Of a DNA stretch of 64,000 nucleotides, positions 23,601 to 36,995 are shown in pieces; position 1 is the stretch's first letter; every line of letters starts with the position of its first letter. The translations under genes were made by a program, and so were the position numbers. The notes beneath the pieces are model-generated. The model did no database searches. It was not told the origin of the DNA and worked only from the letters and a program-made list of their open reading frames with translations. The DNA is from Octopus vulgaris (Eukaryota): positions 172,546,001-172,610,000 of the forward strand of contig OX597815.1 in the NCBI GenBank assembly GCA_951406725.2. The letters are read 5' to 3'.

Positions 23601-26600
23601 TTGTCACTGCCTGATATTTATGATTTATCTTTCAAAATATTTTCTTTCTCAACTTACTCAAGATCTTTTGTTGTTTATAAATGGGAGAGAGATAGAGAAA
23701 GATAGAGAGTAAGAGAAAACGAGGGAGAATCCGAGAGAAAGGAAGAGTAAGAGAGTGGGAAAGTGAGAGAGAAAGGAGAGAGAAACAAAGAGGGAGAATG
23801 TGGTGATAAAAAACAGAAAGGAAGCAACAGAAAGTAACAACCACACTCTTACCCGCGTGTAGAGCGGGTCACCTTAAGCTAGTATATATATATATATTGA
23901 TAAAAATGGTAAAACAACAAAAGAAAGAAAGAGACCTCGATATTATGTTAATATAGGAATTTATCTGTAAATATAATATGTGACAATTATTCGGTAGCCA
24001 TGATAAAACTACGAGTTTCAGATGCTGAGGTGGAAATCCATGCCGCCATCTCTTCTGTTATCTGGCCATTGGAAAAATGCCATGAAAAATGCTATACAAA
24101 GGGAAATTACTGTGTGATTGACTGTTATTAAGACAAAAGAGCTATTCGAATGACCGCTAGGTAAGAGGGAGTAATGTAAGGTGGTAAAAAAGTTCATAGT
24201 ATTTGCATAAGTTTATACCTACACATGTGCACCTGCCCACCCACATGCATGTGCCTAAAAGTCTACGTTCATCCACCCTCACTTGAAAACGTACATATCC
24301 TCACTCTCATCTTTCGCCAAATATATATGTATATACATACAAACACATGCACATGCACCATAAAGGTTCATACACACGTCTATATACGCACAAGCACAGG
24401 AAAAAACAGGGTTAAGGGTAACAATACAAAACTGTCCAACCCATGCTAGCATGAAAAATGGACGTTAAACAATGATGATGATGATGATGATGATATAATT
24501 AGCTTGCCTGTATTCAACCTACTGGGCAAGTGAAAGTAACATGACAATAAGTAAAACCCAATAACAACAAGTAAAAACCACATTCATAATGTGCACCAAT
24601 GAAACCCTTTGAGCTCTGATCTCCTGAACCTTATTTTACCATATACCTAGCACTCCACCAGTGCTACAGTATAGAGAAAAGTAAGCCATTCACTGGTAAA
24701 CCAGTGTTATGGGCTCAAAGCGTTAATGTATCATGTTAGCTAGCTCCAGCCAAATTCATGCATTAGTTATATTTTAATGATTCTGATACTGGACCAACTG
24801 CATTTCATTAGAATCTGTAGTTTCTAACAGAAGTGGGAGATTTATATAGAGAAAGAACTACAGGAATTTAAGAGTTAAGGAAATAATCATATGTACAATA
24901 AGAAACAACTGAATTTAAAATATGAAAGAAAGACAATGGATATTAGAAAAACTAGTTGATGTTTGCAAAAATGTTGGGTGTCTTCCAATAGGTATGTAAT
25001 ACATGATGCATGTTGAGTGCAAATTAGGCAGTTAACTGTGAATTAACAAAAGACAGGCATATAAACCTTCAGAGAACAACAGCATATCTTAGGATATTGA
25101 GATCCTGCTTACATGGAAAGAAAATCAGAAACAATAGAGATGACAATGGTGGAAGCAGTTTCTCTTTAAAACAATTTCATAATGACAAACAAATAATAAC
25201 CAAAATGTATATTTTATGACCAGAATATTCCTTCTTAATTTTATAGTTATTGGTTTCTTTGTTCTGGTTGGTTCAAAATATTAAGTATAAAATGCAATAA
25301 TAATTGATGATAAGTTCTTTTACACATTTTCTTTATATTCTATACAGCTTCATATAAATATACTTAGCTTTTGTAATATCATTTAACCTAATTTATTTAC
25401 CTGTGTAAGACCATCTTCACTCTTGTAATCTTCATTCGCTCCAGCTTTCTGTAGCATATTATGCATAGCATTTCTCAGCTTTATCACCTCAAAACGGCTG
25501 TTAGGCTTTCTACAATGAAATAATTACAAATACCAATAGCATCAGCATATTCCAGTTCACAGAAAGGATAATATATTTGTGAATGTCTTAAGTTGTTTAT
25601 GATATTTTTGTCTCTTTCAACGGCATTTAGGCACAATCACATTGCATATCAATCAATCATTTAACTCACCCTCTCAAGTGTTTTACAATTATGGATAATC
25701 ATCCTGGTAATCTCACATATGTATCATATCAAAAACTGCACATCAAAAACTAAACTTCCTCTTCAGAGCCAAAAAATACTCCAGCCCTAAGCAATCATTA
25801 ACCAAATACAAAGCTTAAGTGAAGGTCACATTGAATCTCTACTGTCACACCCTAAACCACATAAAAAAATTAAAAAATCAATCCAGTCAATGACTTACTC
25901 ATCAACACACTCCAAACTCTAATCCACAGGCATGCTGTCTCCTCACTCTGCTCTTTCTACAACTATTACACCAGCCTCTGCTTCCCTGAGTTAGTTAGCT
26001 GCATACCATATCCACCTAAGTCTACAATAACTCTCCTGTCCATTCTGTCTCCTATCTATAGTTCCCACATAAACCCTGATACTCAATCCTTCTTTGCCAG
26101 AGTGTCACCCCACAGGATTTCCTTCTCGCCTTCAATATTCCAACAGATATTGACATACAGCTGTTAAAACTGAAAATCAGCTACATTCATCACCAATCTT
26201 AGAGGGCCTAGGAAGACCATGTGCAATCCCTTTACTCTTACTAAAAGTATCAAAAATATCTGTTTATAATTTTAGTATTTTATTTTATTTTAAGGTGGTG
26301 AGCTGGCAGAATTGTTAGCATGCTGGACAAACACTTAGAGGCATTTTGTCCATCTTCACATTCTGAGTTGAAATTCTGCCAAGGTTAACTTTGCCTTTCA
26401 TCCTTTTGGAGTCAATAAGATAAGTACTAATTGAACACTTGGATCGATATAATCAACTCAGCTCCCACCCTTGAAATTGCTGGCCTTGTGCCAAAACTTG
26501 ATATCTATATTTTATTTTATTTCATTTTACATTTTGGTAACATAAATTTGAAGCATTATGTCTCTTCAAGAATATATAAAACTCCAGGCATTCCAGTACT

Positions 26601-29600
26601 TTGTGCCTTGCCATAGGTTCTGTATTATGTCCCTGGTAAAGACACTTAACCATTTAGCATTCAAAACAGCCACGTTAGGTCCATATATTCTGCCTGTTTT
26701 ATGTTCAAGCCAGCCAGATTTGGCTAGCTTCAACACCTACCCTGCAATATCATTCTAAAAGAAGTAATCACATCACCAAAGCCTCAAATGCATGAGATAA
26801 TGCATGATTAATTCAAAACAATGTGAATAAATAAGCATAACATTTGACAGAGTTATTTAAATGCTAGAGGGTTATTTGAGTGCTGCTGGACTGGCTCCTG
26901 TGCAGGTGGCACGTAAAAAGCACCCACTACACTCTCGGAGTGGTTGGCATTAGGAAGGGCATCCAGCTGTAGAAACTCTGCCAGATCAGATTGGAGTCTG
27001 GTTTGCCAGACCTCAGTCAAATCGTCCAACCCATGCTAGCATGGAAAGCGGATGTTAAATGATGATGATGATGATGAAGGCTAACTTAGTGGAGCAGCTA
27101 TGCATTAATGCATTTGTAACATAAGCATAGTAATTCACATTTTTGAAGAAGGGACATCCATGCTTTTCTCAGAAATGTTTGCTGTATAAGATATGTGAAA
27201 GGATAATTGAAATTAGAATCTAAGCTCACAAGAAACTATTATATTCAGAAAAAATTGATTGGAGGATCAATTCCCACCTTTTCTGTTTTTTACTCTTCTG
27301 ATTATAGAGAAATGTTGAAAAAAAAAAAAAAAAAATGTTATGTTGCCTGGTCAGTTATGACTGCAGATATTTCAATACTTGAAACACTGTCCCTGTGTCT
27401 GTGGAGTTTCCGTGGCAAACAGGGCATCCCGTCACTCAGGATATGCATGCGGGATGTCGGGGACCGCTTTTGAATTCAATATTCCCACGAAACTTCTTCT
27501 ATGAATCCTACTACTACCATGGCAATAAATACAAATACGAACTATCTACCTACTACAAACTTGCAACCAATTCCGCAGGTGGTCAGTCTGCGCAGATGGA
27601 ACTGCAAATGGCTCGCTATCTCCAGTGACCTCGCACAGGACCATCGAGTGTGGGCCGCCATGGTTCGTGATGCCGTCAGGACCAGAGAAGAAGCCGGCTC
27701 AACCCACCCTGGGTGAACGCCGTCACAAAAAAAAAATACTTGAAACAGAAGCTATGCACCAGCAACATAAACAAAGTATGAAATGGCTTATAATGCAAAT
27801 AACATCATTTTGTGAGATACTTGCTATATGGCAGGTGGAAGATTCATACTTTTTCATATTTGGATGAATGAAATGATGATAAATTGGATGAAATGGTATA
27901 CTTACAGAGATGGAAACTGTGTGAGATGCTTTGCGTGGTCTACAGTCTGTGTTTTGTAAGCTCTATTTAAAATATAAACAGAATATCATTCTTCTTAAAG
28001 AAGAAAAGACTTTACATGAAATAACTTCAAAATTATATGACTCCTTGTCATGTTCATAAAAATGATTCTTTCTCCTTAACCCTTTTGTTACCAACCCAGC
28101 AGAAACCGGCTCTGGCTCTAAGTACAAATGTCTTGTTTTCATAAGTTTTGAATTAAAATTTTCCACCAAACCTTAGTCACAATTTATGTTCCTAACACTA
28201 GCTTAATGATAACTAAGTTATTTTATTAAATTCTTTGTTATATTTAAAATAATTGAAAGAAATACAGAGCATCTCAAAATAAATACAGTAACAAAAGGGT
28301 TAAACTGCTTTTGTCCACAAGAGACTCAAACCCACGACCCTTAGATTACTTCTTAGAAACAATCTCTAAAAAGTCTGATATTCTACCAACTGAGCTATGT
28401 GGGCACAGCTGATGTTCATAAAAATAATAATGAGCTTATTGTATTCAATGCTCAGATTCAATATATATTTGTATCAAGAACAGATTGTTTATGACTTCCA
28501 GTTAATTTTCAAAATATTCAGTAACTTAGAGAGTTTAGTAAAATGACAGAAATTATTTCTAATATTTATTCATAGATTAAGCTGGGTTTTTTGTAGCCTA
28601 ATAGTTAGCGTTTTAGGATTATGATCAAAAGGTTGTGGGCTTGATTCCTGGACTGGGAGGTGTATTCTGTCCTCAAACCAAGTATATCCTTTCATACTAT
28701 TCTCTTCAGCTAGCTGAAAGTGAATACAAGATCACCGCTGGTGCAGTCATCTCTCCTTTCATCAGTCAGAGCTTTGATGATCTGTTGGATCCAGAGCAGG
28801 AGAGCCAAGAAAGTATCTGTGTCTACTCACAACTACATAGATGCCAAAAAGCAATTAGTGAAAGTCATACCTACATGTGAATGAAGGCTAAGTGTACACA
28901 CACATATTTTTAAGTTCTTTTATTCAGATTTTAAAATAACATAATTATTTTGATACAGATGATGTGGTGGGTCTTATGAAGTAAATGAATCTATTTAAGG
29001 TATTTAGAAAACACCAAAATTGGGTAAATTCCTTACTCATCTTGAATTTTCAAAGATTTCACTCCTTTTTTATTCACTAAGTAATATTCGTCAGGACACA
29101 ATTGAAAAGGCAACTGCAATTAATTTTTAAAAATCACATTAATTATCTCATCATATTAAAACATACTGGTGAAAACTCACACACACACATGTTCATATAC
29201 AGACCATATACATACAAACTTGTATGTCTGTATGTCATTGTTCACTTTTATTTCAAGATTTCTTGCAAATGAAGAAAGAGCTGGCTTCTAACCTAGATCC
29301 AAAGCTCCTTCATTGGAATTTCAACATTAACAACAGGCTATTTTTGTATGTATGCACTAGCTTAAAAGCCAGCCTATCAGGCAGTTTATAGGCTGGTGTG
29401 TAACTTTTAAGCAACTAACCCTGAATGGAAAGATCTGCAAACATCTCTGACTTGTTTTGGAGAATCTGTTGCAATTGTTTCTTCCAGAGTCATATCCCAA
29501 TGATGATCATATTCGTTGCTAAAAATCATGTAAAAAAAATCAACAAAAACAATCGCAGTAATGAAAACATAAGTATCCAAAATTTCAGGATTGCAGGTCT

Positions 29601-30203
29601 GGATTCAGCCCAGAATGTTTTCATTTTACTCATGGAGTCAGCCTGATATCAAAATGGTATGATATGTTGGGCTACGGCCACTAGGAGTAAAGTTGAAAAA
29701 GTGTGACACACTGACCTTCACATTTATTATATCAGATATGTTTAATTTTGGGGAAACTATATTTCAATTAAAGTGTATTTCATATATATGTATGTATGTA
29801 TTAAAGAAAGCAAAAAATAAAACAAAAATGATAGTGTTCAATAGTTGGTTCAGTATGCTGGCCACAGGATTTTCTGTCTTGCAAAGTTGTACATCATCTC
29901 TCTCTTTCTCTCACATACCCACTCTCTCTCTCTCTCTCTCTTATTATTACTCCCATTACCACCATCAACACTACTACTTTTAATAAAACATCATCAACTC
30001 TCACTAAATTTCTTTGTCTCTCTTTCTCTCCCTCTCTTTTCTTTCTTTCTCTCTCTGTCTTCACCGCTGCCCTCACCATCTCTATGCCTACTATTACTCT
30101 CACCCCAGTACAAAGGAGTGTCATTGAATAGTGAGAGAGGGGGGTCAAAGTGTGACACACTGACACACAGAAATTAGTTTTTGCATTTATTATATTATAT
30201 TAG

Positions 30204-30236
<33 letters not shown>

Positions 30237-32079
30237 TGTATGTATGTGAGTGTGTGTATGTATGTGAGTGTGTGTATGTATGTACATATGCATGTATATA
30301 TGTAAGCAAGCAAGCATGCATACATAGTATCATACATCTTTCTCATCACTATTATTCATGCCTCTATCAACTCATGCTTTTCATTCTATAAAGAGGCAAG
30401 TAAGCAAAGATGATGTGCTATGAGGTTTCTACACACAAAGACAGCCAAGATGACATCTAAATAAAGGTCACTTAACTGATCGACACAAGGAAGCCTTCCT
30501 AGTAGTAGTTGGAGCCAACCTCAATAAACTCTTTACCTCTTTTACTTGTTTCAGTCATTTGACTGTGGCCATGCTGAAGCACTGCCTTTAGTCGAGCAAA
30601 TCGACCCCACGACTTATTCTTTGAAAGCCTAGTACTTATTCTATCAGTCTCTTTTGTCGAACCACTAAGTTATGGGGACGTAAACACACCAGCATCGGTT
30701 GTCAAGCGATGTTGGGGGGACAAACACAGGCACACAAACTTATACACACACATACATATATACGACGGGCTTCTTTCAGTTTCCATCTACCAAATCCACT
30801 CTTTTACCTAGTTTCCGTCTACCAAATCCACTCTTTTACCTTATTATGTTTAAAATTATTGTTAAAGCAATACACACTTAGAAATAAAAACTTAAATTTG
30901 ATTAATCTTTTTCTAATTTCGTTTCATCATTCATCATTCACCATAATTTAATGTCCATCTTCCATGCTGCCATGGGTTGGACGATTTAGCAGGCTATGGG
31001 ACTGCATCAAGCTCCACTGCCTGTTTTGGCATGGTTCTTACAGCTGGATGCCCTTCCTGATGTCAACCACTTTACAGAGTGGACTGGGTGATTTTTACAT
31101 GGCACCAGTAGCAGTACTTTTTATGTGGCACCGGCACCAGTGCTTTTTACATAGCGCCATCACTGACAGGGTCATCAAGTAACTTGCAAGGCAAAATCCC
31201 TCAACTCAGAGGGGGAGAATAGTACTGAGGAGGATGGCTTCATAGAGATAGCAATCTTCCAGTCGAATAGATACATGGATACCCCAGTTGGAAAAGGAAG
31301 GAGGGTGAGAACATGGATTTCAAATCATGATCATTTTATTGGGTTGTCCGGAAAGTTCGTGCTGATTTTTAAAGGAAAGAAAAAGGTCAATAAATAATTG
31401 CCAGCACATTTCTAATCAACCATATATGAACCATTTTGTTGCACAATGCATCTCCATTTTTCCTTTAACTTGAAAATACCCTCTTCCCAGAATTGAGGTG
31501 GTTTCATGTCAAAAAATTCATCAAGCTGTCTTTTTACATCATCCAAGAAATTTATATTTTTACTATTAAGACTATTCTACAGAGACCTGAACAAGTGGAA
31601 ATCTGAAGGAGCAATATCTGGTGAATATGGAGGGTACAGCAATTTTTGTCTGGTTCCCAAAGCATCAAGTGCCGAAAAGGAACTTTCTTATCTTCCATTT
31701 TGAAGGGTTACAGAATTAACACAGCTTATAGGAACATAAACCTTCTTCCACGAAAAGATAGCTTAAACTGTGCTCTTAATGGAGGTGTAGTCAAATCCTA
31801 TTTTATGGACTCAACCGTGTTCTAAAATAAGTTGAAAGGTAAGCTACTATAAATCAGCATGAACTTTCTGGACAACCCAATAGTTAATTTATTCTTTCAT
31901 TCTTTTACTAGCTTCTATCATTTGACAGTGGACATGCTGGAGCAGTGCCTTGAAGGACATTAGTCAAACAATTCGACCCCAGGACTTATTAATTTTAAGG
32001 CTAGTAATAATTCTTCAGTCACTTTGACTGAACCACTAAGTTGCAGGGACATAGACACAAAGACATACACACATACACA

Positions 32080-32123
<44 letters not shown>

Positions 32124-35100
32124 AAAAGCAATAAAGATTCAAGTTAATTTAAATGAATTTACTTGAATATGGTACCTAACTTAGATGCACCAAAAAAAAC
32201 TATACTGATTTAACAATACAGTAATGTGGGGTGATTATAAGCGAGAATGAAGCAACAAGAATGGATAGGTTTTTAGTACAATCGTTTCATACAAGGACAG
32301 GTTTTATTAAAAGTTGCAAAAATTACAGCATATAAACGTGTCCCGTACTCATCAGCTAAAATACATGTGAGTTCTCTAGACATCCTAGTGGTTGAGGCTA
32401 TACTCATGAAGTAATGTAGATAATTAAGTAACATAAACAGATTTCAAAAGTTCATTAAAGTTCTTTAAAGATGATGTACAGTCTTATCACAGAATTTTAA
32501 AAAAGTCTTAATAGCATCACAGAGGAGGTGACCTAATCCATAGTGCACATATGAATTTCCAGAGATATGATGAGGGATTACATACTCACAGAAGACAAAT
32601 TTATCCATTGTTAATTACAACGAGGTGGGTTTCAATTCCTGCTTATTAGCATTACAGAGAGGGTGAATTAATCCTTTGTATAGATGCACAATTTCCAATG
32701 GTGTAGATGTAAATTTCCAAGGAATTTCATATTCACAGGCGATAAATTTATCAATGGTTGAACACAATGAGGTAGGTATCAATTCTTGTTATATGATTAG
32801 GTATTTGCCACATTAATCACATTACTGCTATTTACAAGAGGCTGTAGCTATTTAACTTTTAAAGGCTGAAGGGCTTTCTAGAGCTGTATAGAATAGAAAA
32901 GGGAAGGGAATAGAAGAAAAGAGAGAAAATAAAGGAGGAGGGAGCAAAAAGGGGGGGGGGACTCAAAGAGAAGAGAAAAGGAAAAAGAGAATAAGAAGAA
33001 GAAAAAGAAAAAAGAGAAAAGAGAAAGAAATAGGGAAGGAAGGGAAAAAAAGAAAAAAGAAGAAAGAAGAAAGAAAAAGAAAAAAAAGGGGGTTCTGGTT
33101 ATACAGAAGAATTAGTAGACGGCAAGTCTGGTTTTAATTTACAGGCATCTAGGAATTATAGGAGAATATTATTCTTTGACCAGTAAAACAGCTAATTTAT
33201 TGCTGTTGAAATCAGCTATGAATTTAAAGAGAATCTAAAGAGATAACACAGTTAGGGGTTTAGGGGTCAGATGCTAAAATCACCAGAAAATACATTAGGA
33301 AAAACTAGGTATAATCTTATCAAAAAGTCATTAAAATTTACTTATTTAATTTATTCATTTTATTGTCTTAAGGAGTTGCCGTTATTATTCATACATTGAC
33401 GGACTACAGGTCAAATCTTAGAAGATCATTTAAAAGGTGTTAGGGGATTGTCTATCATAATGAAGATAATCATATTATCACCGAGGGAATAGCCTTATTT
33501 ATTTAATTTTGAAATAGAATTATGGGTCTATAGTAACTCATTTTAATTAATTAGAGTTATGCTAATTAAATTAGATTAAGTTAGGAATTAAAATTAAAAA
33601 TTACAATTAAGATTTAAAATTAAGAATTTAAAAATTGTGAGTTTGAAATTAAATAAAGCCTCAATTAAGCAGCGAATAAGTGCTATTCATTTCCCTGTTC
33701 TCAAAAAACTGATGCAGATATAAGGAAAAAGATAACTGTAGTGTGAGAACTCTTAGTTATCTACTTAAAGCAGTGCTATACCAGTAGAAATCAAGTTATA
33801 TCTATCTATCTAGTTACGAATATTCTAATCATTTAAAATATTTTAAAGTCTTCAATTTAGCGTGGACACAAACTTGACCTAGTTCGATATGGTTATTCAA
33901 TAGGTTTCTATGTTTTCTATGCTTTAGAATTTCATATGTCTCCATGGAGCATAGTTGACAACCAACCCTACTATTTTTATACGGAATTGCTCTCCTAACT
34001 ATTTCCCAATTAAGGTTATAATTTTTATTATTATTTTTGAGTTCCCAGATTTTGTTTGAAAGTGTGGTGGTACCAGCTTTATGACGTAATTTAAAAGTCG
34101 AGATGTGATTTCTAACTCTGGCTAAAAAATTAATTGTACATCCAATGTAACAATATTTGTTATTCTCCGTGGATATGGTACATTTATAGATTACATTATT
34201 TTCCCCACATAGACCAGGTGCCGGGCATTTTGATTTTATTCTACACTTACACACAGGAGGAACACCTTCAGGCTTTGGATTATTCTTGGGTAGATGTTTT
34301 AGGTTCCTATTATTTTGATTATCATTTCTATAGTTGGTGCTGATATCTAAAGTATTGCTATTATTTCTTGATCCTTCTGTTTCATCATTTAGATCTAAAG
34401 TCCTACCATGATTTCTTATATTATTGGTAATGTTAATATTATTGTTAGTCTTTTTATCCGACTGCATATTGTTGTTATAGATATCACTAATATTTTCATT
34501 CTCCTTATTTTCTCTATTATCCCTATTTCTATTATTTCTATTATTAACATTATTACTTCTATTAATATCGGCATTGCTATTATTACTATTAATGTTAATG
34601 TTATTAGTCATTCTGTGGTTACTAATTTCACCTATGTTTTGATAGTTACTATTGCTGTTTTTATTGTTGGTAGTATTATTACAATTGCTATTGGTATTCA
34701 TGCTGATATTATTATTTTTATTTCTATCTTTCCTGGCTAGTTTAATGTTGTTATTATTAATCTTAGCTATTAAAGTGGACATATTTGGGAGGGTTGAATA
34801 AGAAATCCTAACTGTTTTCCTAGAAATAATTCTATGATATCTATGAGAGATAGGGAAATTTTTTTCCAGAATCACTTTGAATTTGTTCTGTATATCCGAT
34901 TGTATCGCACAGTTGAAAGGAATATTCAGCCATAATATATCTTTTTTATTAAATTTAGGGTTCGTAGAATTATTACTATTCATCTCACCGGAGTTATTGT
35001 ATTTATTACCATTATTTTTATTTTTATTTGTGTGCATCTTAGGTTTATCTACTTCAATATTATCCGAGTTACCTATGTTCTGGTCAATGTTTCTATTTGA

Positions 35101-36952
35101 ATTGTTGGGCCTGTACGCTAGATTAGCGTTTACCGTTAGTTTAATTCTACTTTTATTTCGGGCTTGGTCTTTATTGCTGCTTACGTGATTATTGATAACT
35201 TCATTATTAGGAATACGTGAGTTCCCCTTATCAACGAATGTAATCTTTTGGTTGTATCCAGCCTTAGTTAACGCCGCATTATAATGCTCAGAATGGGAGT
35301 TAAAAATATCCTTATTGGATGATAATTTTGAAATTCTTAATGAAATATTTCTTACTAAAGATTCTATAATATTTGGGGGATGATTTGATAATTTATTTAC
35401 GTAATTCGTGATTTCGCCTTCCTTTCTAAATGGGTAATGTAGCTTGGAGTTAAGGTCTAGCGTAATATCTAGGAAATTAACTATTTTAGTGCCCGGTTCA
35501 TACGTTATACTGAGGTTGAAATCCCTAAAGAACTAATTAATTTTCTTTCTAATCCTTTCTATAACAGATTTATTATTACTAGGGATAACAAACAGAGCAT
35601 CATCCCTATATAGACCCCCCTGTAATTCTGGGATATCCTTGCTTATGCATTTTAATAGATATGCGCCTACTAGATTGGTTACCTCTGCCGAATCACTGGA
35701 ACCCATTGGTATATCAAAAAAATTAGGTGTATCTGCTCTAGTCCATAATTTATCTTCAAATTCTATAAATGTCTTCCTAGCTAGTAGCACAATATTGATT
35801 TCTTCTCTAGATATGAGGGAGCGATTCATGGCAAATATTAGTGATTTGTTGAGTAAGATAGGGGAAATGCTAGAGTAATAACTATTAATATCGAACTGAA
35901 TAAAGGACAGACTACTAGTATTAGTTAGAGAGTTAAACCATTTTAGAACTTCATCGGTACTTAGCCATAGGTTTAAGGGGAGAAGAGGGGTTATTTGGGG
36001 TAGAACAGTATCCAAGATAGATTTACTAAGTCGGCCAATGTCCGACTTAGTTGGACAGATCAGCCTTACCGAAGGGTTTTCCAAGAAGTTCTTTTTGTGG
36101 TCTTTAAGGTTGATCCTGGGCTCACACGGTTTAAGTGGCTCCGTTCTATCCGTTAAATTTAGTTTCTCCATGATCTCTTTCATTTCCATGTTTACTTTTT
36201 TCAAATTGTTCTTAGTCGTATTTTAGCTGATGAGTACGGGACACGTTTATATGCTGTAATTTTTGCAACTTTTATGCAACTGTAATTTTTGCAACTTTAT
36301 ATGCTGTAATTTTTGCAACTTTTAATAAAACCTGTCCTTGTATGAAACGATTGTACTAAAAACCTATCCATTCTTGTTGCTTCATTCTCGCGTATATATA
36401 TATATATATATAATTGATATAGGATAAAATTTTTTCTGGAAAAAAATTTTATCAATGGCCAGCATATCAAAAAATGTCTTTAAAGGTAAAATTTATACAT
36501 AATTTACAAGATAAGGGCAGAAGAAAAATTCTAATGCCAGATACGCCGAAAACAAAAAATTGTCGATAACCATTAAATATATGCATCTCGAAACAAACTG
36601 ATAGAAATCTCTAAATACGGTAATAACGAATTTTTTAGAGATTTCTATCAGTTTGTTTTGAGACGCGTAAATTTAATGGTTATTGACAGTTTTTTGTTTC
36701 GGCGTATCTGGCATTAGAATTTTTCTTCTGCCCTTATCTTGTAAATTATATATATGTATATATATATATATATATATAAAATACAAAATGGGACAAGAAC
36801 ACAAAACCTCCGGACAACTAGGTGATACAAAAAGGGACAACAAAACATCCAGACAGATGATACAAAAAAACAAGGACGGGTCATTTGAAGCTTTCTATCC
36901 TCAATCAAGAACCGGATCACCCTCGCAATTTCAGCTGATTAATCTTGAGATT

Positions 36953-36995
<43 letters not shown>

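Larger units (their letters stand above)
32241..36391 (-). mobile_element. Penelope-like element (RT + GIY-YIG), 5'-truncated, with an inverted pseudo-LTR copy
   Basis: One frame 36204 to 33829 with a single TAG at 35533-35535. RT motifs [31 protein letters not shown]; CKC-CP-C finger; VIY...YIG...R...H endonuclease. 32241-32364 is the reverse complement of 36218-36391. Confidence 0.93.

Noticed and set aside
35533-35535. In-frame stop in the Penelope ORF as possible selenocysteine recoding
   Set aside because: The codon is TAG, not TGA, and is not at a Cys position; a nonsense mutation or base error is simpler.
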